Assembly (NCBI GenBank): GCA_963845755.1 | Contig: CAWJTV010000013.1 | Span: forward strand, 256,001 to 320,000 | DNA from: an uncultured Planctomycetota bacterium | GTDB taxonomy: Bacteria; Planctomycetota; Planctomycetia; Isosphaerales; Isosphaeraceae | Reading direction: 5' to 3' | DNA length: 64,000 bases | Shown here: positions 31,959 to 42,375 of the stretch, in pieces | How the letters are laid out: every line of letters begins with the position of its first letter | Position numbering within the stretch: position 1 is the stretch's first letter | Notes under the pieces: generated by a model | The model's database searches: none | What the model saw: the letters and a program-made list of their open reading frames with translations, nothing else | What the model was told of the DNA's origin: nothing | Translations under genes and position numbers: made by a program

Positions 31959-32130
31959 CACGTTGGGCTTAACCGCTTCGTGGTTGGCCAAAGACTGCAA
32001 ACCGTGGGATGCCGGCCTCCGCGGCCTGAACTCGCCCCGTCGGCCTCCGCTGTTGTCATCGGGGCCATCCGGCCTTGTCACTGGAGCCTCGATATCACCA
32101 ATCGCGAGGACGAATCGCGGATTCGCGAAA

Positions 32131-32216
32131 GGCACTCCCACGCACGCTGGCGTCGCCCGTGCGACCGGGCGCTACGAGGTTGACTACCGACGTCGGCGTA
32201 GGGACGTGCTGGAATC
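32131..32216 (+). repeat. Direct repeat A, copy 2
   Basis: Aligns with 30927-31014. Confidence 0.9.
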
Positions 32217-32240
32217 CTGAGGCCAATATATTAAATAGAT

Positions 32241-33008
32241 ATGAAGAGCTTTATTATCTATTTATTAAATCCCTTTACAATTGCGAGCATTGTGACCGGC
32301 GTGGGGGTTTTCGCCCTGTGGCGCAAACGTCAGGTGTCCAAGGCCCTGCTCTCAGTCGTCACGCTCGGTTTCGTATCGATGATTGTGCTCGAGCTTCCCG
32401 TAGTGAGTCATTTCGCACTGGGAAGCCTGGAATGGTCGTTCATGCCCCTTGGGGAATTGCCGAAAGAGGTCCAGGCGATCGTCGTGCTGTCGGGAAGCAG
32501 CAATCCCCCCAATTCGGTGCAAACAGAAGCCACACTCGGTTCGGATACGTCCCATCGTTGTGTTTATGCCGCATCTGTTTACCATCGCCTGAAACCGATG
32601 CCAGTCCTCGTCAGCGGAGGCAAGGTTGACCCTACGGTCTCAGGGCCCGCCGTCGCTCAGCTCATGTCCGACTTCCTGATCAAGTTGGGCGTGGATGCCT
32701 CGGCGGTCGAATTGGAATCCGTTTCGCGCTCGACGCACGAAAATGCAGTCGAATGCCGGAAAGTGCTCGATCGACGACGCATCCGGAGGATCCTCCTGGT
32801 CACGGAGGCCTGGCATATGCGACGTGCGGCGTTATGCTTCCGCAAGCAGGGGATCGAGATCATCCCCGCAGCCTGCCATCATCGTGCGACGAGGTTGGAG
32901 GGTTCGATCCTGAACTTCTTACCCAACCCCTCCTCGACGGAAGGTCTTTCGGATGCCTTTCACGAATGGCTCGGCCTGGCCTGGTACGGGTTACGAGGTT
33001 GGATCTGA
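32241..33008 (+). CDS. YdcF/ElyC/SanA (DUF218) family membrane protein
   Basis: AIVVLSG, VLVSGG, SRSTHENA, LLVTEAWHMRRA, HEWLGL. Confidence 0.9.
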   Translation: MKSFIIYLLNPFTIASIVTGVGVFALWRKRQVSKALLSVVTLGFVSMIVLELPVVSHFALGSLEWSFMPLGELPKEVQAIVVLSGSSNPPNSVQTEATLGSDTSHRCVYAASVYHRLKPMPVLVSGGKVDPTVSGPAVAQLMSDFLIKLGVDASAVELESVSRSTHENAVECRKVLDRRRIRRILLVTEAWHMRRAALCFRKQGIEIIPAACHHRATRLEGSILNFLPNPSSTEGLSDAFHEWLGLAWYGLRGWI

Positions 33009-33017
33009 CGTTGATCC

Positions 33018-33122
33018 GGGATCGGCGCCTTACTCCGACCATCAAGGCCGTTCCGACCGGATTTGTGCGAGCGACAACGACATCGGAGAGAACCAGGTGA
33101 CCTCGTTTCGCGTTCTGATCTT
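33018..33122 (+). repeat. Direct repeat B, copy 1 (duplicate of the leader, RBS and first codons of the 34104 gene)
   Basis: 105 bp ungapped, 14 mismatches versus 34025-34129 by manual alignment. Confidence 0.92.
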
Positions 33123-33411
33123 ATTCCGGTCAGATCGTCGTTTTCGGGATGACCCGGACACGAGACTGCGATTCACCATCCCGCTATGTCCCACAACGGC
33201 CTTGGCGAGAGTGCCAAGGTTCGTATAGCTCCGCGGTCAGGATGGACACCGAGATGGTGAGGATCACCGATTCCGATTTCACCGGTCTGGACCGCTAGGT
33301 TTAGATGTCTCCTCTTTGGGATTTGGTCTTGTCATGAACATCAGCGCAGCAATGCTCGGAGAATCGCGATTCGCGGGCTCGCAACGCAACGACGGGGAGC
33401 CGCGAGACGGC

Positions 33412-33894
33412 ATGGTTGTCGTATTCACCGATGGTGAGATCGACGGAGTGACGATGCGACCGCTCCGATTCTACCATGATGCGCGGGGCTGGTTGGTGGA
33501 GCTGTTCCGTCAGGATGAGGTGGGGGAAGAGCGGTGGCCCGCAATGACCTATGTTTCTGAAACCTTGCCGGGGGTGACCCGCGGCCCGCATGAGCATGCC
33601 GACCAGACGGACGGGTTTGCATTCCTCGGCCCGTCGGACTTCCGGCTCTTCCTGTGGGACACTCGAGCCGGCAGCCGGACCCAGGGCCGCCGCACGAGCA
33701 TTATCGTCGGGGTGTCGAACCCGATGGCAATCTGGATCCCCCCGGGGATCGTGCACGCTTACCGCAATATCGGGGGTGTCCCGGGCTTGGTGTTCAACGC
33801 GCCCAATCGCCTCTTTGCCGGCTGGGGCAAGAAGGAGCCGGTCGACGAGATCCGCCACGAGGACGCCGAGCCCGACCGGTTCCTGATGGACTGA
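33412..33894 (+). CDS. dTDP-4-dehydrorhamnose 3,5-epimerase (RmlC)-like cupin
   Basis: DARGWLVELFR, PGVTRGPHEH..QTD, WIPPGIVHAY. Confidence 0.88.
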   Translation: MVVVFTDGEIDGVTMRPLRFYHDARGWLVELFRQDEVGEERWPAMTYVSETLPGVTRGPHEHADQTDGFAFLGPSDFRLFLWDTRAGSRTQGRRTSIIVGVSNPMAIWIPPGIVHAYRNIGGVPGLVFNAPNRLFAGWGKKEPVDEIRHEDAEPDRFLMD

Positions 33895-34103
33895 AGTTCG
33901 CCCGCAAGCAGCCATACGACACCCAGCGCATCCTCGGCGTCAACCGAACCGAGATGCCTGATGGTGGCGATCTCTGATCGGTGCCGGAGCGTTGAGGCAT
34001 CCGGGATCGGATCAGCAAGGCCTTGGGACCGGCGCCTGACCCCGACCATCGAGCCCGTTCCGGCCGGATTGGTACGAGGGACCACGACAACGGAGAGAAC
34101 CAC

Positions 34104-35819
34104 GTGACCCCGTTCCGCGTTCTGATCTTCGCCGATGCCGAGCCGCACCGGATTAAACAATTGCTCAGACATTTGATCGAGGATCTGCCTGAAGTCGAGC
34201 TGAGCTTGCTTTACGAGGAGAAGCGTCGCCCCTCGCCGATGAGTCACGGAACCGGGCCGACTCCGGAAGGACACACAAGTTTGGGTCTGCTCATACAGTC
34301 CGTTGTCGGCGAGTGGGCGAGGTCACTCTCCTCCATAGCAAGCGGGTGTCTCGATCGGCTGCTTCGCTGGCTTCACGCCGCCCCGTTCGACGCCGATGCA
34401 GGACATTCAAGCGTCGATGAAGTGCGCGAATACGCCGAGCATCAAGGCGTTACCTTCTGCCTCGCGGCGGATCCGTCTTCACAATCAGCCCGGGATTTCG
34501 TTCGGAACGAGAATCCCGACCTAGGTGTGATCTTCGGTGATCCGACCCAAGATTCGGATTTGTTCCGGATACCCAGAAAGGGCTCGATCGCTCTTCACTC
34601 AAACGGAAGGTTCGGCGATCATCGAGCCGGGCCTGCAACAAGGGACTCGGGTCGGTCCAACCAATCGTCGCACGTCGTGTCGGCCTACCGGCTCGCGGGC
34701 TGTGCCGGTTCGCCCGTTCTCCTGGATGAACGATCGTTCCCCGTTCAGCAGTACGACACGTCCCAGAGCATCGCCGTCAAGTCGGACCTTCTCGGGATTG
34801 AATGCCTCGTCAACGTCATCCGGTCGGAGCGGAGCGGTGACCGGGGAGGGCATGCTGAAGGAACAGCCGAGAGCAGATGCGATTCCTTGAGGTGCCACGG
34901 AGTCGCGGGGGCCGATGGCTTTGTCGTCCGCAATCGTCGGCCATTCCGCCCCAGGTCTGGCCGGCCTCTAGCCAAACTGATGGCTCGATTCCTTCTCTAT
35001 CCGAAGGTTTGGATGGACAACCGCCGCAGGGCCGTCACCCGGCGCTTTCCCATCGTGATCCTCTTCGGCCACGTCGTGGCCGACCGCCCCAAGTTCATGG
35101 GCGTCTCGACCGATCAATTCCTCAGGCAAGTGAGGTTTCTGAAGAAACACTATCGAATTGCGTCGCTGCCCGATGCAATCCAGATGCTCGAAGAGGGTCG
35201 AGTTCCTTCACCGACCGTCGTCTTGACCTTCGATGATGGCTACGGAGATAACTACCTCGGACTGCGTGCGGTGATCGATTCGGAAGACATTCCGGTCACC
35301 CTGTTCGTGTCCACCAGAAACATCGAGGAGAATTCCCCTTTCGATCATGATCTGAGGCGCGGGGAATCGGACTTCTTCCCTTTGACGTGGGACCAACTCA
35401 AGGCGTTCGAGCACCGGGGCAGCACGATCGGTAGCCATACCCGGACGCACTTCGATTGCGGATCGCGAGACGAGGCATTGCTGAAGGACGAGATCGCCGG
35501 CGCCCAGGACGACTTGCGGCACCATCTGGGACACACTGTACCCTATTTTTCATTCCCTTGGGGATACTCGAAGAATATGTCCAAGACCGCGATCCGGATC
35601 GCGGCGGAGACCTATCCTCATTTGTTCGCCGCGTATGGCGGGGCGAACGAGCCTGGTGCCCCCTCTTTGCCGTTTTTCCGGCGTGCCTGCCTGCCCGAAA
35701 CCTTGCTCGAGCTGGAACTTCTGCTGCAAGGCCTTCTGGATTTCGGAAAGGCGGAGGCCGAAGAATCTTCGATGAGTGGTCTGACGCGAGTCACTCCGCG
35801 CGTGTGCCACGCCGGATGA
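34104..35819 (+). CDS. Polysaccharide deacetylase (NodB domain) with degenerate formyltransferase-like N-terminus
   Basis: LTFDDGY, IGSHTRTH, FSFPWG; N-terminal NPDLGVIFG...IPRKGSIALH; GTG start after GGAGA. Confidence 0.85.
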   Translation: MTPFRVLIFADAEPHRIKQLLRHLIEDLPEVELSLLYEEKRRPSPMSHGTGPTPEGHTSLGLLIQSVVGEWARSLSSIASGCLDRLLRWLHAAPFDADAGHSSVDEVREYAEHQGVTFCLAADPSSQSARDFVRNENPDLGVIFGDPTQDSDLFRIPRKGSIALHSNGRFGDHRAGPATRDSGRSNQSSHVVSAYRLAGCAGSPVLLDERSFPVQQYDTSQSIAVKSDLLGIECLVNVIRSERSGDRGGHAEGTAESRCDSLRCHGVAGADGFVVRNRRPFRPRSGRPLAKLMARFLLYPKVWMDNRRRAVTRRFPIVILFGHVVADRPKFMGVSTDQFLRQVRFLKKHYRIASLPDAIQMLEEGRVPSPTVVLTFDDGYGDNYLGLRAVIDSEDIPVTLFVSTRNIEENSPFDHDLRRGESDFFPLTWDQLKAFEHRGSTIGSHTRTHFDCGSRDEALLKDEIAGAQDDLRHHLGHTVPYFSFPWGYSKNMSKTAIRIAAETYPHLFAAYGGANEPGAPSLPFFRRACLPETLLELELLLQGLLDFGKAEAEESSMSGLTRVTPRVCHAG

Positions 35820-36051
35820 CTCGGCATTCTCCTGGCAATCGGAGAACAACGAAGCCTTGGTTCCTCAAGGGACACCGTCCTCAGAGACGATGGCCAAGCC
35901 CCTACGCGTGCTCGAGGTCGAGCGTATCATTCATGATCCGCGACGCCGCTTCTCCTGGAAACGAAACCGTATTTCTGGACCGCGTGCCAAGAGCATATCT
36001 TGCACCTCTTGACTCTTGATACCCATGTTGACTGGAGACTGTGACGGGACA

Positions 36052-37383
36052 ATGAGCCGATCGCCGGGCTTCGGATACTTTCTTTTCATCCTGCTTAATG
36101 CCACCCTGTTCATCAGGCCTCACGAGCTCTTCCCAGAACTCGGACTGGGCGTAATGCCGATCTACAATGTCATCATGATCGGTTGTCTGACAGTCTCAGC
36201 GTCCGCGGTATTTGGCCAGTTCAAGTCGGAAACGTTGCGTAATAATCCCGTCAATGTTTATATACTTTGCTTCTTGGCGTCGGCGGCCGTTTCGCACTTA
36301 TCCCACTTTCGGATCGCTGAAGCGCTCACCGGGACGACCGATTTGAGCAAGATCCTTCTTTACTATTTTCTGCTCGTAGGATTTCTCGATACCTTCAAGC
36401 GTCTTCGTGGATTCCTGCTTTGGCTCGGCGTGCTCGCGGTGGTCTTGGTTTCACTTTCGCTGTTACACTACTATCACTTCGTCAACATCCCTACCCTGGA
36501 GGCATACCACGAATTCGAGCCTGAGCTTGATGACGAAACCGGCGGAAGTCTCGCAATAGACAGACTTACGTACACCGGGATCTACGGCAACCCGAACGAT
36601 CTCTCGCGCATCTTGGTGATCGGGATTCTCATCAGCCTCTACTTCCTGGGCGACAGCCGTCTGGGTCTACTCCGCCCACTCTGGCTATTGCCGATCGCTA
36701 TGTTCGGCCTGGCGTTGCACTTGACTCACTCGAGGGGGGGGCTGTTGGCTCTGTTCGCTGGTATCGGCGTCCTCTTCTACAACCGCTACGGGATGAGAAA
36801 GAGCCTCCTCCTGGGTGGCCTGATTCTTCCTATCCTCCTCGTCGCCTTTGGTGGCCGACAGACCGACTTTTCCACAAGTGGGGGTACGGCCCAGGAACGA
36901 ATTAAGCTCTGGAATGAGGGCCTCGTCCTCCTGCAGGGTTCTCCGCTGTTCGGGATCGGTATGGATCAGTACGGCGAACATCTCAAGAAGGCCGCGCACA
37001 ACTCATTTGTCCATTGTTACGTAGAACTTGGCTTCATCGGGGGTAGCTTCTTCTTCGCGATCTTCTGCCTGCTAGCCCGAGTCCTCTGGTCCGACCGTGC
37101 GGCTGATCCGGATGTCATCGACCCCGAGTTGAGTCGCCTCCGTCCCTTTCTGTTGGCAATCTTGTTATCTGCTATTGTCGGTATGTTTTCTGCTTCACGT
37201 TGTTATTATATTCCTACATATATGGCAGCCGGACTTTGCATGTCCTATTTAAACTTGATGGCCATGGCGGGCCATCGCATGATGCCCAAGAACGACACGA
37301 ATCTCTTGGGCCGCCTCTTCTTCCTCAGCGTCTTGGCTTTGGCCGGTCTCTATGTTTATGTGCGCCTGAAGTCACGTTATTGA
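36052..37383 (+). CDS. O-antigen ligase / Wzy polymerase family membrane protein
   Basis: Multiple TM helices; GNPNDLS, THSRGGLL, PLFGIG, AHNSFV. Confidence 0.9.
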   Translation: MSRSPGFGYFLFILLNATLFIRPHELFPELGLGVMPIYNVIMIGCLTVSASAVFGQFKSETLRNNPVNVYILCFLASAAVSHLSHFRIAEALTGTTDLSKILLYYFLLVGFLDTFKRLRGFLLWLGVLAVVLVSLSLLHYYHFVNIPTLEAYHEFEPELDDETGGSLAIDRLTYTGIYGNPNDLSRILVIGILISLYFLGDSRLGLLRPLWLLPIAMFGLALHLTHSRGGLLALFAGIGVLFYNRYGMRKSLLLGGLILPILLVAFGGRQTDFSTSGGTAQERIKLWNEGLVLLQGSPLFGIGMDQYGEHLKKAAHNSFVHCYVELGFIGGSFFFAIFCLLARVLWSDRAADPDVIDPELSRLRPFLLAILLSAIVGMFSASRCYYIPTYMAAGLCMSYLNLMAMAGHRMMPKNDTNLLGRLFFLSVLALAGLYVYVRLKSRY

Positions 37384-37557
37384 GCGGCCGTATCGACATC
37401 TTGCCACGAAATCGAGCGGCTTGATCGAAGGTGTGACGCAGCCGGCAGTCATAGGGACTCCGCTTCCCTCGGGCTTGAGAGCCGCCCGGCGGGACTCCCA
37501 GTAGTGGGCGCGGGCGATCACGGGCTCGTCGAGACTCTCGATTCGATCGGTATCAAG

Positions 37558-38773
37558 ATGAAAATCGGCCTCCATTCAACTGGATATCCAGGATTGACGC
37601 CCGCCGGGGGGGTCGCGACATACACCCGCGAGCTGGCCCACGGCCTCTGCGAGCTCGGGCACGAAGTCCACGTCTTGATCTCGGGTGAACCCGTCGAGCC
37701 GGCCCGCGACGGCCCAGTCTGGGTTCATAAGACCCGTAGTGACTACTTCCCGATCGTTGAGCGGATCCTCCCCGGCTCGGGGGCCTGTTATTACATTGGC
37801 GCGACGATGAGGCGACTCGCGACCGAGTATGGGCTCGACATCGTTGAGTTCCCGAACTGGGAGGGAGTCGGCCTCTGGTATGCCCTGCGGCGTCCTACCC
37901 CCTTGATTGTCAGGCTCTACACCTCCTCCATCGAGGCGGGCCAGATCAACGGGACCAGCGGCGACCGTTCCATACGCTGGGACGTCTCTCGGGAGCGGTG
38001 GCTGTCCTTGATGGCGGATACGTTGGTGACACACTCGCAAGCCCATCGCCAATTCATGGCGGAGGAGCTGGCGATTGACAGCGGGCGAATTGCGGTCGTG
38101 CCCCTCGGTGTCATCGTGGACCGGGGATTTCGACGGGCGCCGCGGCAGGGAACCGATCTGACGGTGGTCTATCTCGGCCGATTGGAGAACCGCAAAGGCA
38201 CCATAGATCTCCTGCGAGCGGCGCCGGAGGTTCTACGCGAGGTTCCGGAAGCCGCGGTTCGTCCTCATTGGAGCCGATCGACCGCACTGTCCTGGAGGGC
38301 GGACACACGCACGGTACCTCGAGGAGGAGTTTCCCTCGGAGGTTCGCAGCCGGATCACGCTCACTGGCCCATTGCCGAACGCGGACGTGGATCGCTGGTT
38401 GCAGACCGCCGACCTGCTCGTGGCGCCCTCCCTGTATGAGTCGTTTGGGCTCATGTTTCTGGAGGCGATGCGTTGGGGGACACCGGTCATCGGCACGACC
38501 GCAGGCGCCATCCCAGAGGTCGTCGAAGACGGGAAGTCCGGCGTGCTCGTGACGCCGGGCCGGCCGAGTGAGTTGTCCGGCGCGATCGTGGCACTGTTGC
38601 GTGACGAAGAGCGTCGCCGACGGCTAGGCGAGACCGGTCGCCGTCGTGTTGAAACCCTCTTTACCGTCGATCGAATGGCACGGCAGGTTGCAGATCTTTA
38701 TGCCTCGGCGATCGAAAAACGGGGACGCGTGAACTCTCGACCTTCGCCGTTGCTCCGCCGAACGGGTTGCTAA
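37558..38773 (+). CDS. GT4 glycosyltransferase (frameshift at ~38255)
   Basis: GGVATY, YLGRLENRKG, PSLYESFGLMFLEAM. Confidence 0.9.
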
Positions 38774-38976
38774 CCCCGCAGGGCGCCGCGAGTCATGGCC
38801 CAGTATCTGCGTCGATCGTCAGACCCCTTTGCGGCTCGCTGTATGGCCGGTGCGCCGACATCGTTGCGGTTCGTCACCCAATCGACCTTTCCGATTGTAA
38901 CGAATGGGCGGGTTATGTTGAGAATGCCTTCCGCGGTAGAACGAAACCCCAACGCGTTTTGTTGGAGGAAATTGCC

Positions 38977-39825
38977 ATGCTTCAATACATTCAGTTACCG
39001 CTTCTAGCAGCACGCGTCACGGCGGATAGCGAGAGCTTCCGCTACGCGAAACCGTTTCGGCACGTCGTACTTGATGATCTTCTTGTCCTGGAGAGCGCGC
39101 GGGAATTGTTGAATGCATTTCCGGCGGTGGAGTGGCCTGGCTGGGATCGCGGTTTCGGAGATAACGAACCTCATCAACCCAAGAAACTTACGTGCTGGGA
39201 CATTGGAGTCATTCCATCGCCCCTGGATCTCTTCATCCACGAATTGAACTCCGGGCCGTTCCTCACGTGGCTCGAGAAACTGACAGGGATCGAAGACCTG
39301 ATTCCGGATCCCCAGTTGGCTGGCGGAGGTCTGCATTCGTCCGGACCTGGTGGACGCCTTGTCCCTCATACGGACTTCCATAAGGGCAAGAATCAGCGCC
39401 TATACCGCCGCCTTAATTTATTGGTCTATTTCAACGAAAACTGGTCTGCGGATAACAACGGCGCCTTAGAACTGTGGGATCTGCGTAAGGACCGCATCGA
39501 ACGCCAGGTGTTACCGGAGTTCGGGAAAGCAGTGATCTTCGAAACGGATGATCAGTCGATGCACGGATTTTCGAAGCCGATCGTGGGGCGGTTTCGCAAT
39601 TCCGTGGCTATTTACTATTACACCGCGTATCCGACAAGTCGATACAGCGGGGACGGGGATACGCATTGGCGACCGGACGGTGGTCCAAAGAGGGGCTTGA
39701 TCACACTTCCTGTGCGCAAACTGGCGATGTTCGCTTCACGAGCCATGGCGGGGGCCGGGTGGCGGCTGGCTAACGCGGCGAATCGAGTGGAAGACTGGAC
39801 GGGCGGGCGACAGGCGCCGCCCTGA
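38977..39825 (+). CDS. 2OG-Fe(II) oxygenase
   Basis: AKPFRHVVLDD, GGGLH, HTD, RRLNLLVYFN, GALELW, SMHG, RNS. Confidence 0.88.
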   Translation: MLQYIQLPLLAARVTADSESFRYAKPFRHVVLDDLLVLESARELLNAFPAVEWPGWDRGFGDNEPHQPKKLTCWDIGVIPSPLDLFIHELNSGPFLTWLEKLTGIEDLIPDPQLAGGGLHSSGPGGRLVPHTDFHKGKNQRLYRRLNLLVYFNENWSADNNGALELWDLRKDRIERQVLPEFGKAVIFETDDQSMHGFSKPIVGRFRNSVAIYYYTAYPTSRYSGDGDTHWRPDGGPKRGLITLPVRKLAMFASRAMAGAGWRLANAANRVEDWTGGRQAPP

Positions 39826-39905
39826 AATGGATCGCTCTTTGGGAGAGTGATTCGATCGACTTTCCATGGAACCGGTCTCTAATCCTTTCGGGAAGTGAAG
39901 AATCC

Positions 39906-40850
39906 ATGGCGCGGAACCTTGACTCGATCCCACAGAACCTTGTCTCGATCGTTGTCCCTTGCTATCGCGGCGCACGCTTCCTAGCGGAAGCCATCGAAAG
40001 CTGCCTCCGCCAGACGTACCGCGAGATCGAGGTCATCGTGGTTGATGACGCAAGTCCTGACGACTGCGCCGCGATCGCCGAGCGTTATGTCCGGACGGAC
40101 AAGCGGGTTCGCCTAATCCGCCGGCCGCAGAATGGTGGGGTCTCACGCGCCCTGAACACAGGGTTGGAGGTCGCTCGCGGTCGGTACCTGACCCGCCTGG
40201 CTCAGGACGATGTATTCGGTGAGAACGCTGTCGAAGTCATGCTGAGGCACCTACAGGCGCGTCCGGATGCGGGCCTCGTCTATTGCGACAACTATGTCAT
40301 CGGCGAGGAAGGCGAGGTGATCGAGCGGTACTGCCTCCCCGAACCCGACGACGTACTTTCTTTCAGAAATCGCCTGGGGCTGTGCGTCATGTGGCTGCGG
40401 GAGGTCACCGAAAGGGTGGGGTATTTCGATCCTCGTTTCGACACCGCAGAGGACTTCGAGTACTGGCTGCGGATCGCGGAGTCGTTTCCCATTATCAAAT
40501 GCCCCGACGTCGCCCCCTTCTATGTCCGGGCTCACGGCGAGAACGGATCCACGCTGTTCTTTGAGAGGCAGGTACACGCGACGCTCGACGTCGTGAACAG
40601 CCGCTTCCCGACTCGTTCGCTGCGGCAGCGCCTCGCGAAGCGGAAAGCACTGGCGAGCGCGGTCTTCTCTGCGTCGATCGGCTATTCCACGATTTGTCGG
40701 CGACAGATCCCGGCATTGGCCCGCCTGCTGCAGTCACTCGCCCTCTGGCCGTTCCCCTACCGCTCGGGCGAGCTGCCACGGCCGCTGGCCCGCCCAAAGG
40801 CGATCGTCGTATACACATTGCGACTTATTGGTTTACTTGGTTCATATTGA
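39906..40850 (+). CDS. GT2 glycosyltransferase
   Basis: VSIVVPCY, VDDASPD, AQDD, AEDFEYWLR. Confidence 0.92.
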   Translation: MARNLDSIPQNLVSIVVPCYRGARFLAEAIESCLRQTYREIEVIVVDDASPDDCAAIAERYVRTDKRVRLIRRPQNGGVSRALNTGLEVARGRYLTRLAQDDVFGENAVEVMLRHLQARPDAGLVYCDNYVIGEEGEVIERYCLPEPDDVLSFRNRLGLCVMWLREVTERVGYFDPRFDTAEDFEYWLRIAESFPIIKCPDVAPFYVRAHGENGSTLFFERQVHATLDVVNSRFPTRSLRQRLAKRKALASAVFSASIGYSTICRRQIPALARLLQSLALWPFPYRSGELPRPLARPKAIVVYTLRLIGLLGSY

Positions 40851-40935
40851 CATATCATCAACATATAACATTGATAAATATCTTAACATATTTTTAATAA
40901 TACTTGTATATTTGTTTTTTCGAGGATCACCACTT

Positions 40936-42142
40936 ATGAATTTTACTCCGCAACCGAACGCCGGATTCGTCGGAGTCGACGCTCCTGCATCCCCCCTCGT
41001 TCATAAACTCCGGTCGTTCCTCTACGTGAACGACTTGGTGCCTCGCCAATTCGGGTTAGGGGCTCGTTTTATTTCGGAACTGGGCCGGCGGGCCGCGTCC
41101 GATGGCATCCGGATGGGGATCTTGCTGGCAGGTGAGCCGATCCCCATGGTTGCCGAGGCTTTTCGTGGTGCGGGAATCGATTGGTGGTCGCTGCCGGATT
41201 GGAAGGCTTCCGACGACCAGGAGCGGCGGTGGCGATTCGTATCGGGTTTCCGGCGCGTCAATGCCCTCGAAGATTGGGACGTGGTCGTTTTCAACCACTG
41301 CAATCCCGTCAGTGTAATATGTGCTTGCACGTGGTCCCGAATTCGCGACGGACGCCGATTTGCTCGGGTGTGGCATCAACACCAGGGAGTCCCTCGGCCG
41401 CGAGGCATCAAGAAGTACGTTTCGACGTTGCGTCTGCTCGGGCCATTCATGGATGCCCTCGTCACCAATTCGGGCTCGGGCAGGAGCTATTACACAGAGC
41501 GACTCTGTCCGCCGGAGAAGATCCGGGTGATCAACAATGGCGTTCCAATTCCTGAAGGCCGCACTGAGGCATCCTTGAGGACGGAACTCGGATTGCCGGA
41601 TTCGGCCCGATTGCTGGTCGCGGTCTCGAGTCTGATCCGACGCAAAGGCATCGATGTGTTGCTGGAGGCCGTAAGCGAGTTGTTCAAGGAGCACAGCGAC
41701 TTGCATCTGATCATCGTGGGGGGCGGGCCGGAACTGGAATCCCTCCAGGAGGCAGCACGGCGCTTGGGGATCGAGCATCAAACCCATTTCCTGGGCATCT
41801 CGAACCGGGTCATGGACATACTTTCCGACACCGACGTCTTTGTGTTGCCATCTCGCAACGAGGATCTGCCCTGTTCCATACTCGAGGCGATGGCCTCCTC
41901 ACTTCCCGTCGTGGCGACGGACGTCGGTTCGATTCGAGACATGGTACTTCAGGATAAGACCGGCTTCCTTGTGCCGCCTGAAGACCCCGTCGCTCTGCGC
42001 TCGGCCCTTCGAAACCGTACTTCTCGATGAGGAACTTGCTCTTGGGTTGGGGCGCCGCGGCAGGGAGCGGGTCGAGACATTGTTCAGCTTCGATGGGGTG
42101 GTGAACGGTCATTTGCAGCTTTACCGGGACTTGTGCAAGTAG
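40936..42142 (+). CDS. GT4 glycosyltransferase (frameshift at ~42015)
   Basis: VINNGV, RKGIDVLL, FVLPSRNEDLPCSILEAMA. Confidence 0.9.
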
Positions 42143-42375
42143 GCGTGGTCCGCCTCGGCGCCACGCGTGTTTTCCTGAGCGGCTTTCGATCTCAAGTGTT
42201 AGTGCCATAAGAATGGGATTGGTCTTGCCTTACGCGTAGCGAGACCGCCACGAGGACGAAGAGGCTCGACCACAGGGGTCGGATCGGGACCAGGAGAGAG
42301 AGTTTGTTGAGGGCGTCTTTCATTGCGGCTTGCAAAAGGGAATGGGTACAAATACCTTCTTCCAGGAGTACTGTA

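Noticed and set aside
30927..34129. Repeats A and B as integron attC sites
   Set aside because: No RYYYAAC...GTTRRRY boundaries, the two pairs are unrelated to each other, and there is no IntI.
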